Origin: Dinoroseobacter phage vB_DshS_R26L
Strand: one strand, 5' to 3'
DNA: 32,000 bases
Sequence record: PP882867.1
Shown here: piece by piece, positions 18,376-25,462 of the stretch
Layout of the letters: the number at the start of each line of letters is the position of its first letter
How positions within the stretch are numbered: the first letter of the stretch is position 1
Notes under the pieces: generated by a model
The model's database searches: none
The model's input: only the letters and a program-made list of their open reading frames with translations
What the model was told of the DNA's origin: nothing
Position numbers and translations under genes: made by a program

Positions 18376-18382
18376 TTCCTTA

Positions 18383-18856
18383 TCAGGTCGGTTCGGGCAT
18401 CGACGAGTCGTCGCCGCGCTCGTATTCCATGGTCGGGTTGATCGAGATCCCGCCGCGCGGCGTGAACTCGCCGGTGACACGAATCCAGGCCGGGTCGAGC
18501 AGCGCGACGAGATCGCGCAGGATGCGAGCGACGCAGGCCTCGTGGAATTCCTGCGCAGTGCGATACGACCCGAGGTAGAGCTTCCAGGACTTCGATTCCA
18601 CGCAGAGGTCGCGCGGCGTGTACTCGACGACGATGCGGGCGAAGTCAGGCTGCCCCGTCTTCGGGCACAGGCTGGTGAACTCCTTCGGGTCGTCGTAGCC
18701 GCCGAGCTGGATCACGGCGTGACCCGGGACCTTGGCCATCGGGTTCGGGAAGGCCTCGAGCAGGCGGGCGTCCGCGGGCTCGGTGATGCCGTCGAAGTCG
18801 CTCGAGCCGGAGCCCAGGGACTTCAGGACTTCAGGATCAGAAAGTTGCTCGTTCAT
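18383..18856 (-). CDS. queF: NADPH-dependent 7-cyano-7-deazaguanine reductase (QueF, unimodular type)
   Basis: [60 protein letters not shown]. Confidence 0.93.
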   Translation of the reverse strand: MNEQLSDPEVLKSLGSGSSDFDGITEPADARLLEAFPNPMAKVPGHAVIQLGGYDDPKEFTSLCPKTGQPDFARIVVEYTPRDLCVESKSWKLYLGSYRTAQEFHEACVARILRDLVALLDPAWIRVTGEFTPRGGISINPTMEYERGDDSSMPEPT

Positions 18857-18865
18857 GGTGCCTCC

Positions 18866-19441
18866 TCAGATGGGCGTGTTGGTGTTGGCGAGCATCAGGA
18901 ACTCCTGACGCGCGGACGGCTCGTCTTTGATCGCGCCTCGCAGCGCGCTCGTCGTGGTCGAGTTGCCGCGATGCTGGATCCCGCGCGACTCGACACACAT
19001 ATGCCGGGCACGCAGAAGGACGCCGACACCTTTCGGGTCGAGGTGCTCCCACATGGCGTCAGCGACCTGGTTGGTCAGGCGCTCCTGCACCTGCAGACGA
19101 CGCGCGAAGTGATCGACGACGCGGTTCATCTTCGACAGGCCCAGGACCTTCCCGTTCGGGATGTAGGCGACAGAGGCGAGGCCCCAGAAGGGCGCCATGT
19201 GATGCTCGCAGTGCGTGTAGAACGGAATGTCCACCTGCACCACCATCTCGTCAACGCCTTCCGCGCCGTCCTCGAAGGTCTTGATGATCTCGGCGACGTC
19301 TTGGTCGTAGCCGCCGAACCATGTGTTCCACGCCTTGACGACGCGCTTGGGCGTTTCTTCGAGACCCTCGCGGTCGGTCTCTCCGATCTGCTCGAGGACC
19401 TGACGGATCAGGCCCTCGCTGGTTTCAACGTCGCGCACCAT
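18866..19441 (-). CDS. folE: GTP cyclohydrolase I (FolE)
   Basis: LEETPKRVVKAW, YTHCEHHMAPFWG, LGLSKMNRVVDHFARRLQVQERLT, RARHMCVESRGIQH. Confidence 0.93.
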   Translation of the reverse strand: MVRDVETSEGLIRQVLEQIGETDREGLEETPKRVVKAWNTWFGGYDQDVAEIIKTFEDGAEGVDEMVVQVDIPFYTHCEHHMAPFWGLASVAYIPNGKVLGLSKMNRVVDHFARRLQVQERLTNQVADAMWEHLDPKGVGVLLRARHMCVESRGIQHRGNSTTTSALRGAIKDEPSARQEFLMLANTNTPI

Positions 19442-20277
19442 CACTTGGTGCTCGCGTCCAGGACCAGGGCGACGAACTCGTCCGCCGTCCAGGTCTTCGC
19501 CTTGCCTTTCGGACCCTTCGCCGTGACCTCGCGCGCCACGTCGTAGTTCGCGGTGTCCGGCAGCTCCATCAGGCCTTCGCACGCGGCGCGCAGGATCAGG
19601 GGATCCGCGACGCCCGCGGCCTCGAACCCCTGGGCACGCAGCATGGTCGCGTGATCAGCGCCCAGCGGCGGATACTGGCCGTCGTAGGACGTGTGGGAGT
19701 AGGCGAGCGCACCGTAGCAGCCGTCCAGGCGGATGGCGAGGTCGACCGACGCGGCCTTGGACAGGTCCATCAGCGGCGTGTGGATCTTCAACGCGCCCAA
19801 GGCGCCATCCTGGCCGGTGAACGTGCCGAGGTTGCAGGCGTTCTCGATGGCGTCGATGAACACCTGCCGGCAATCGGGATACCCGCCGAAGTCCTCCTGG
19901 CACACGCCGGTGACCAGGTTGCGGGCGCCCAGGACGTAGGCGCGGTTCGCGGCCAGCGTCAGGAAGGTCTGATTGCGCATGGGGACGAAAGTCTTCTCGA
20001 GGCCACCAGGCAGCTCGCCGTCCGGGTACTGCTCGAGTTCGTTGTCGGACACCAGCGGCGACGTGCCGCCCAGGATGGGCCCGATCTCGATCACCTGGTG
20101 ACTGGCGACGCCTGCGTCCGCGGCGATCTTCTTCGCGGCCTCGATCTCGAGACGGTGACGCTGGTTGTAGTCGAAGGTGATGGCGTGGACCTCGTCGAAG
20201 CCCTGGTTCAGGGCCCAGTAGAGGCAGGTCGTGGAATCCTGTCCGCCAGACAGGACGACAAGTGCTTTGGATGTCAT
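19441..20277 (-). CDS. queC: 7-cyano-7-deazaguanine synthase (QueC)-like, with non-canonical zinc site
   Basis: LVVLSGGQDSTTCLYWAL (PP-loop), ITFDYNQRHRLE, VPMRNQTFLTLAANRA, LVTGVCQEDFGGYPDCR, KIHTPLMDLSKA. Confidence 0.9.
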   Translation of the reverse strand: MTSKALVVLSGGQDSTTCLYWALNQGFDEVHAITFDYNQRHRLEIEAAKKIAADAGVASHQVIEIGPILGGTSPLVSDNELEQYPDGELPGGLEKTFVPMRNQTFLTLAANRAYVLGARNLVTGVCQEDFGGYPDCRQVFIDAIENACNLGTFTGQDGALGALKIHTPLMDLSKAASVDLAIRLDGCYGALAYSHTSYDGQYPPLGADHATMLRAQGFEAAGVADPLILRAACEGLMELPDTANYDVAREVTAKGPKGKAKTWTADEFVALVLDASTK

Positions 20278-20317
20278 GAGATGGTTTTCCTTTCCTGGTT
20301 TCCATCACAGGATGCGA

Positions 20318-20327
20318 CGTTTAAACG
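20318..20327. repeat. GTTTAAAC palindrome copy (CGTTTAAACG)
   Basis: Exact match; intergenic upstream of queC. Confidence 0.8.
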
Positions 20328-20346
20328 CCGCGGTTCACATGAATGA

Positions 20347-20362
20347 CCAGCCCGAAGGCTGG
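20347..20362 (-). terminator. hairpin with cUUCGg tetraloop, possible terminator downstream of the 20411-21022 ORF
   Basis: Minus strand CCAGCC-TTCG-GGCTGG; weak T-content downstream (TCATTC). Confidence 0.4.
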
Positions 20363-20410
20363 CCAGCTCGATCACGATAGCGACGCGCGAGACACGCCGC
20401 AACCGTGGTT

Positions 20411-21022
20411 TCAGGACTTGCGCGCTTTTGCCGGGAGGGGCGCGTCGTAGCCCTCGGGCAGGACGATGAAGTAGCGCGGTTCGTCGCCTTCGAACTCGGT
20501 GCGCACCCCGTAGCCCTTGTCCTTAATGTCGTAGTAGAGGGCGGAGCGGATCGAGTTGTCGTCCCAGGCTGTGCCGTCTTTCTTCACGCAGACCTCGCGC
20601 AGGTCGTCGAGCGTCGCGCCGCCTTCAGCGGCCAGCTTGTCAACGATTGCCTGCTGCTTCGAGCCGGCGCGGCAGTGGATCAGCGGCGAGGTCGGCTCGA
20701 CGGTGACCTGACCCTTGCGGCGGGAGGCTTTCTTCGGCGCGTCGGTCTTGGGCTTGGGGGCAGCTTTCAGTTGCGGCTCGATCACGTAGCCGGACAGTTC
20801 GTTGCCGACCAGCTTCTGCGCGTCCTCGGGGGTCAGGTCGCAGTAGAGGACGACGCCGAAGCGGCCCGACTCGCCAGCTTCCTTGACTTCGAAACCGATG
20901 TCGAAGAGCGTGTCGCCGTGCGCTTCGAAGTGCTTGTTGAGGTCGCGCTTGATGGCTTTGGTTGCACCTTTCTTGTCGGCGAAGGTGCGGGGCGTGTCGG
21001 CGTGAGCGATGAACTGGGTCAT
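20411..21022 (-). CDS. hypothetical protein, 203 aa; C-terminus may be a winged-helix (DUF3489-like) domain
   Basis: SKQQAIVDKLAAEGGATLDDLREVCVKKDGTAWDDNSIRSALYYDIKDKGYGV. Likely start MTQFIAHADTP at 21022. Confidence 0.6.
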   Translation of the reverse strand: MTQFIAHADTPRTFADKKGATKAIKRDLNKHFEAHGDTLFDIGFEVKEAGESGRFGVVLYCDLTPEDAQKLVGNELSGYVIEPQLKAAPKPKTDAPKKASRRKGQVTVEPTSPLIHCRAGSKQQAIVDKLAAEGGATLDDLREVCVKKDGTAWDDNSIRSALYYDIKDKGYGVRTEFEGDEPRYFIVLPEGYDAPLPAKARKS

Positions 21023-21065
21023 TTTGGGTCTCCGTTGTGAGGTTGTCATCCGTTGCTATAACTCG

Positions 21066-21094
21066 CTTATAGACGAAGGACAGATGCGGTGCAA
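21066..21094 (-). promoter_or_regulatory. promoter-like element upstream of the 20411-21022 ORF
   Basis: Minus strand reads TTGCAC-N17-TATAAG; overlaps an inverted copy of the motif. Confidence 0.5.
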
Positions 21095-21118
21095 GCGGAA
21101 ATTTCACCTGCACCGCAT
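21084..21118. repeat. perfect 10-bp inverted repeat, 15-nt loop
   Basis: ATGCGGTGCA (21084-21093) / TGCACCGCAT (21109-21118) in the queD downstream gap. Confidence 0.7.
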
Positions 21119-21122
21119 TTTC

Positions 21123-21572
21123 TCACCTGACCCGGATGGCCGAGTTCTTCCCGTGCTCCATCACTTCGACCGACACGACGCGCACGCGGTCGCCGTAGCC
21201 GCCCTCGTTCGCGAGCCAGTCCTCCATCCACTCGAACACCATGTCCGCGATGGCTTCGCATCCGAGGGCCGGAAGCTCGATCACCTTCGCGATACCGCGC
21301 TTCTGGGCCTCCAGGTACCAGTCCTTGTGCGGGTCGTCAGAGGCGAGCAGGAGCGTGTGATCGAACTGCGACTCGAGCAGCTCCTTCACCGGCTTGAGGC
21401 CACCGAAGTCGACGACCCAATTGCGGGCGTCGAGGTCGTCGGCCTCGAAGGTGAACTTGAAGGACAGCGAGTAGCCGTGGATCAAGTTGCAGTGGCTGTC
21501 CGCGCGCCACTGGCGATACGCGACGGGGCCGAGGTCGGGGTAGAGTTTGGTCGACTGAAAAGGCATGGTCAT
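21123..21572 (-). CDS. queD: 6-carboxytetrahydropterin synthase (QueD/PTPS family)
   Basis: AYRQWRADSHCNLIHGYSLSFKFTFE, NWVVDFGGLK, QFDHTLLL, LGCEAIADMVFEWM. Start MTMPFQ at 21572 or MPFQ at 21566. Confidence 0.85.
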   Translation of the reverse strand: MTMPFQSTKLYPDLGPVAYRQWRADSHCNLIHGYSLSFKFTFEADDLDARNWVVDFGGLKPVKELLESQFDHTLLLASDDPHKDWYLEAQKRGIAKVIELPALGCEAIADMVFEWMEDWLANEGGYGDRVRVVSVEVMEHGKNSAIRVR

Positions 21573-22126
21573 GCTCCTGTGAGGTAGTAGAAGGTCTTGC
21601 GGAATTGACGCTCCGCCATGACGGTATCCCAGCACCCGAGTTGGATGCCAAGCGGCTCGTCGTAGGGCAGCGTCCAGTCGCACGGCCCGAGACGCGACTC
21701 GAACAGTGCGGCATACTCGTCGCGGCAGATGCGGCTGTCTGCCTCTTTCACGAACTCGTTCCACGGAAGGGTCAGGTTCCACTTCCGCGCGATTGCGCGC
21801 TCGACGCCCGTCTCGAGCGTCTGGTAGTTGGGATCAAGGAAGGGCTTGATCGGGCGCGGCACGTCGCAGACGTAGGCCTCGGACGCGTCGTGCATCAGGC
21901 CTTCGAACGCGAGGCGCTTGTTCTTCGTCTTGTCCAGGATCCATCCCGCGACGTGGACGCAGTGCTCCGCGACGGAGTAGAACTCCTCGCAGTGCCCGTT
22001 GTAGCGACACTGCATCGCGAGCGAGTGAGCGATGTCCGTCAGGTTGATGTCTTCCACGTCGGGATCGAGGAAGTTGAACTTGACCCCCGTGTAGGTGGAG
22101 ATGTAGGTGTCCGCCGTTGGTCTCAT
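21569..22126 (-). CDS. HD-domain phosphohydrolase (YfbR/DatZ-like group)
   Basis: DIAHSLAMQCRYNGHCEEFYSVAEHCVHVA, FEGLMHDASEAYVCDVPRPIK. Confidence 0.75.
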   Translation of the reverse strand: MRPTADTYISTYTGVKFNFLDPDVEDINLTDIAHSLAMQCRYNGHCEEFYSVAEHCVHVAGWILDKTKNKRLAFEGLMHDASEAYVCDVPRPIKPFLDPNYQTLETGVERAIARKWNLTLPWNEFVKEADSRICRDEYAALFESRLGPCDWTLPYDEPLGIQLGCWDTVMAERQFRKTFYYLTGA

Positions 22127-23640
22127 GGTAGCATCCTTTCGACACTGTAGTTGGTGGCCGTCTTGGCCTCGAGAAAGATCAGCCGTTCGCGTGCTCGCGA
22201 CATGGCAGTGAAGAGCGCCCGCACCTCCTGCGGATCACCGTCAACCCAGGATCGGTAGGTCCTGGATGTGAGTTTCTGGTAGACGACCACGTTGTCGGCC
22301 TCGCCGCCTTTGACCCCGTGGATCGTGCTTGCGGTGATGCGCGGCGGCTTGATCAACGACTCGCCTCGCGCACGCATCGCGCGGATGTACTGCTGCAACC
22401 GCTCAGACATCGACAGAGCGTCGAGCCACGAGGCGGAAGCGTCGAATCCGGTGGAACACAGGTCGTCCAGGCCGTACTCGGTCAGCGGGTCAAAGCTGGG
22501 CGCTGTGTCGGGACGAAGAGCGGGACGGAGCTGCGACCAGCACAGGCGCATCTGCTCACCACCGAACCGTTTCCCCTTGCGCAGGTTCTCGTAGATCAGG
22601 ACCGCCTGCACGGGATCGACGGAGGTGGACGCCTTCATGCCATCCTTCGTGGGCGAGTTGTATGCCCAGCCCTCGTCGCGCAGGAACTTCGTGAACTGGC
22701 GCACGAGCGAGTTGGTGCGAGCGAGCAGGTACCAAGTGCCCGTGCTCAGGTCGAGATCCTCAAGCCACGTCACGAAGTCGACCTCGCCGCCTTCTGCGTG
22801 AGGTGCCCAGTCTTTCGGATAGCGGTCGTCGCAGTGATGTATCACGGCTTGACACGCCTCGAACACTTCGCGCTTGAGACGATACGACACGGGCAAGACC
22901 TCGCGGTCTGCGTCGAGGTTCAGGAAGTGTTCGATGTCCGCTCCTGCCCACGCGTAAATCGCCTGGTCATCGTCGCCAGCGAAGTAGACGTCCTTCGAGT
23001 TCTCGGCCAGCTTATCCACCATGCGCCACTGTGCGCGAGACAGATCCTGTGCCTCGTCCACGATCAGCAAGTCGAACGTCGGGACCGTCGCCTGCGTGGA
23101 GAAGAGCTCGATCATGTCGGTGAAGTCGTAGAGGATGGCGTCGGCCTTGAACTCCTCGTAGTCGGCGCGGATGCGTTCAACGAACTCGATGCCCACGTCC
23201 ATCTCGGTCGCGGTGTCGTCGAGTGATCGACCCGTGAGGCGAGACAACGAGATCGCGGACAGCGCGCGCTCGTCAGGTGTTGACGGCGACGGGATCGCTT
23301 GACCGAACTCGTCGATGAACTCCTGGGACAGGTTGAGACCTTCTGCTTGCGCGTACTCGCGGAGCTTGTCGTCGGTCAGGATCTGCGACCGCTGGATGTC
23401 CAGGTGTGCGAACGCGAAGGAGTGCAGGGTTTTGAAGTAGGGGATGGCGTCGGTCTCCACCCCGAATTTCTCAACCATGCGCTCCCTCGCCTCCTGCGCC
23501 GCCTTCCTGGTGAAGGCGACGAACGCGACCCGGTCGGGTGCAACGCCACGGGAGAACGCCTCCTCAACGATCTTGAGGAGCGCGGTCGTCTTGCCGCAGC
23601 CGGGTCCGCCGAGGATGAGTGTCGGCCTAATCCTGCCCAT
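22123..23640 (-). CDS. SF1 (UvrD/PcrA-like) helicase, 505 aa
   Basis: ILGGPGCGKTTALL, DLLIVDEAQDLSRAQ, FAGDDDQAIYAWAGAD, LPVSYRLKREV, ASTIHGVKGGEADNVVVYQ, LFTAMSRARERL. Confidence 0.88.
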   Translation of the reverse strand: MGRIRPTLILGGPGCGKTTALLKIVEEAFSRGVAPDRVAFVAFTRKAAQEARERMVEKFGVETDAIPYFKTLHSFAFAHLDIQRSQILTDDKLREYAQAEGLNLSQEFIDEFGQAIPSPSTPDERALSAISLSRLTGRSLDDTATEMDVGIEFVERIRADYEEFKADAILYDFTDMIELFSTQATVPTFDLLIVDEAQDLSRAQWRMVDKLAENSKDVYFAGDDDQAIYAWAGADIEHFLNLDADREVLPVSYRLKREVFEACQAVIHHCDDRYPKDWAPHAEGGEVDFVTWLEDLDLSTGTWYLLARTNSLVRQFTKFLRDEGWAYNSPTKDGMKASTSVDPVQAVLIYENLRKGKRFGGEQMRLCWSQLRPALRPDTAPSFDPLTEYGLDDLCSTGFDASASWLDALSMSERLQQYIRAMRARGESLIKPPRITASTIHGVKGGEADNVVVYQKLTSRTYRSWVDGDPQEVRALFTAMSRARERLIFLEAKTATNYSVERMLP

Positions 23641-25393
23641 TCTCGTCCTCAGCCATCAGTTGCCGCAGTCGCTCGATGTTGACTTCGTATGGGCGCACCT
23701 GACGCCCAGCGACTTCGGTGTTGCCTCGACCAAGCACGTCGAGGTCGTCGGTCAGTGCCTTCGCGACCGTCTGCGTCGTCAGCATGATGCCGCGACCACG
23801 CAGGAACGCGTGGAACTGGTCGAGCTTGAAGATCGCGGACAGCTCGTCGTCTGACCAGATCACGCGACCGTTGAACAGTGCAGAGTCGTTCTTGCCTTTG
23901 GCGATCTTCTTGTCCGTCACGAAGTCGTAGAGCGCATTGAGCAGGATCGACTTGCGGTCAGAGTCAGGCGGCGGCGCGATGCGGTCGGCGTTCTGCAGGA
24001 GCGCGTCCATCATCTCGCGGTACTTCGTGTCCTGCATCGTGCGCCACATGCGGTCGGTCTGGTTCAGGACGTGCTGCGCGAACATGCTCTGGGAGTAGAG
24101 CGACTGGGCGTCGGGGATGTGGATGCGCTTGTCGCCCACGTTCATGTAGTACTGCCGCTCCTCTGACTCCACGATGGTGAAGCCGGTGATTGCCTCCTCG
24201 TCGTTCTTCGTCGTCCCGATGCCGAACGGGCGCTTGAGGCAGGTGCGACGATCACAGAACGACTTCAGCGGCTCCTTCGTGCAGGAGTACCCCCACTTGC
24301 CTTTCTTGCCCTGCTTCTTGATCGTCTCGAGCTCGCTGCTGATGCCACTGTTGCCCGTCGCGACGCGCCAGTCGCCGTGGATCGCGTCGAGCTGGCTGCT
24401 CAGCTTCTTGAAGTCGTCGTTGTCGAGGATGGCGTCTGGGTCGTGCGGCGACAGCCTGCGGTGCAGGTAGAGTGCGACGTTGAAGAACGTGTTGTTGCGG
24501 TTGTTGTCCAGGTTCTGCGGCGCGAGGGCTGCTTTCTGACGTTCGAGCCACTTCGTCGCTCGATCCTGCTCAGCTTCCGACTTGTACTTGGCGTCTCGGA
24601 TCTTCGCGGCGTGCGCTTTCTCGAGGCGTTCGACCTTGTGGGGGTCGCCGATGATCAGCCGTTGAAGGCACGGCGGGCCGTCGTAGAAGAGCTCCGCCTC
24701 CTCAGACGTCTCGCGCGTGCGAGGCATGGCGGGCGTCTTGTCGATCAGGAAGTCGTCGGTGACGTCTTGCGCTGCGCCCTCAGCGATGTCCAGGAACGTC
24801 TCGAGCGGGACGTTGACATACTCGTAGACGGACCCCTTCTTGACGGGGACGACCGCGTGGCGCGTGTCGCCGAAGTAGGGGAGGTTGATCCAGTTGCCCA
24901 CGTCCTCGTCGGAGTAGCGTTCCGTCTGCTTCGGGAACACCTCGCACCCTGACACGCCGAGCTCTGCGGCTTGGGCGTTCAGGTAGTCGGTCGCGACGCG
25001 TGCAGAGACGCCTTCGGTTGAGAAAAGCCAGACGTGGATGCCTCCCGACTTCGAGCGCGTGACGATCAGCGGCGTCTCGAACAAGGCGAGGGCGACCCCT
25101 TCGTGGGTCAGGTTGCGTGCTTCCTGTTCCTTCTGCGTGTAGACGTCAATGTCGATGGCTGCGAAGTTGACCCGGCCTGCCTGCTTCGCTTCGCCCTGCA
25201 GCGGGATCACGCCAATGCCGACGCGCCCTTCGACGTGGTCGGTGTAGTCCTGGGTGGTGATTTCTTGGTCGACGGTGCGGGCCTTGCCTGCAACCTTTTC
25301 TTCGGGAGCAGCGTCCCCTGTTATGTCGTAGCGCCCATACCGGGAAGTGTGACCCCTGAACAGACGCGCGAACCGTTCTCCGTTGTTGCTCAC
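23627..25393 (-). CDS. archaeo-eukaryotic-type primase (AEP), 588 aa, GTG start
   Basis: VNFAAIDIDVY (DxD), TPLIVTRSKSGGIHVWLF (SxGxHxW), GCEVFPKQ, NWINLPYFG. Confidence 0.8.
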   Translation of the reverse strand: MSNNGERFARLFRGHTSRYGRYDITGDAAPEEKVAGKARTVDQEITTQDYTDHVEGRVGIGVIPLQGEAKQAGRVNFAAIDIDVYTQKEQEARNLTHEGVALALFETPLIVTRSKSGGIHVWLFSTEGVSARVATDYLNAQAAELGVSGCEVFPKQTERYSDEDVGNWINLPYFGDTRHAVVPVKKGSVYEYVNVPLETFLDIAEGAAQDVTDDFLIDKTPAMPRTRETSEEAELFYDGPPCLQRLIIGDPHKVERLEKAHAAKIRDAKYKSEAEQDRATKWLERQKAALAPQNLDNNRNNTFFNVALYLHRRLSPHDPDAILDNDDFKKLSSQLDAIHGDWRVATGNSGISSELETIKKQGKKGKWGYSCTKEPLKSFCDRRTCLKRPFGIGTTKNDEEAITGFTIVESEERQYYMNVGDKRIHIPDAQSLYSQSMFAQHVLNQTDRMWRTMQDTKYREMMDALLQNADRIAPPPDSDRKSILLNALYDFVTDKKIAKGKNDSALFNGRVIWSDDELSAIFKLDQFHAFLRGRGIMLTTQTVAKALTDDLDVLGRGNTEVAGRQVRPYEVNIERLRQLMAEDENGQD

Positions 25394-25426
25394 TTCATTC
25401 TCCTAATCCGTGAGAAGCGGACGCCG

Positions 25427-25436
25427 CGTTTAAACG
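25427..25436. repeat. GTTTAAAC palindrome copy (CGTTTAAACG)
   Basis: Exact match; intergenic upstream of the primase. Confidence 0.8.
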
Positions 25437-25462
25437 ACGCCCGCCTTCGGTTGCGTGTCGGA

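Noticed and set aside
16810-20277. Bacterial Dpd restriction-modification island
   Set aside because: Only a dpdA-like gene and preQ synthesis genes are present; no dpdB-dpdK partners, and the context is phage replication genes.
21123-22126. 2-aminoadenine (Z-genome) pathway suggested by the HD hydrolase
   Set aside because: No PurZ homologue in the window, and the HD protein cannot be assigned to DatZ by eye.
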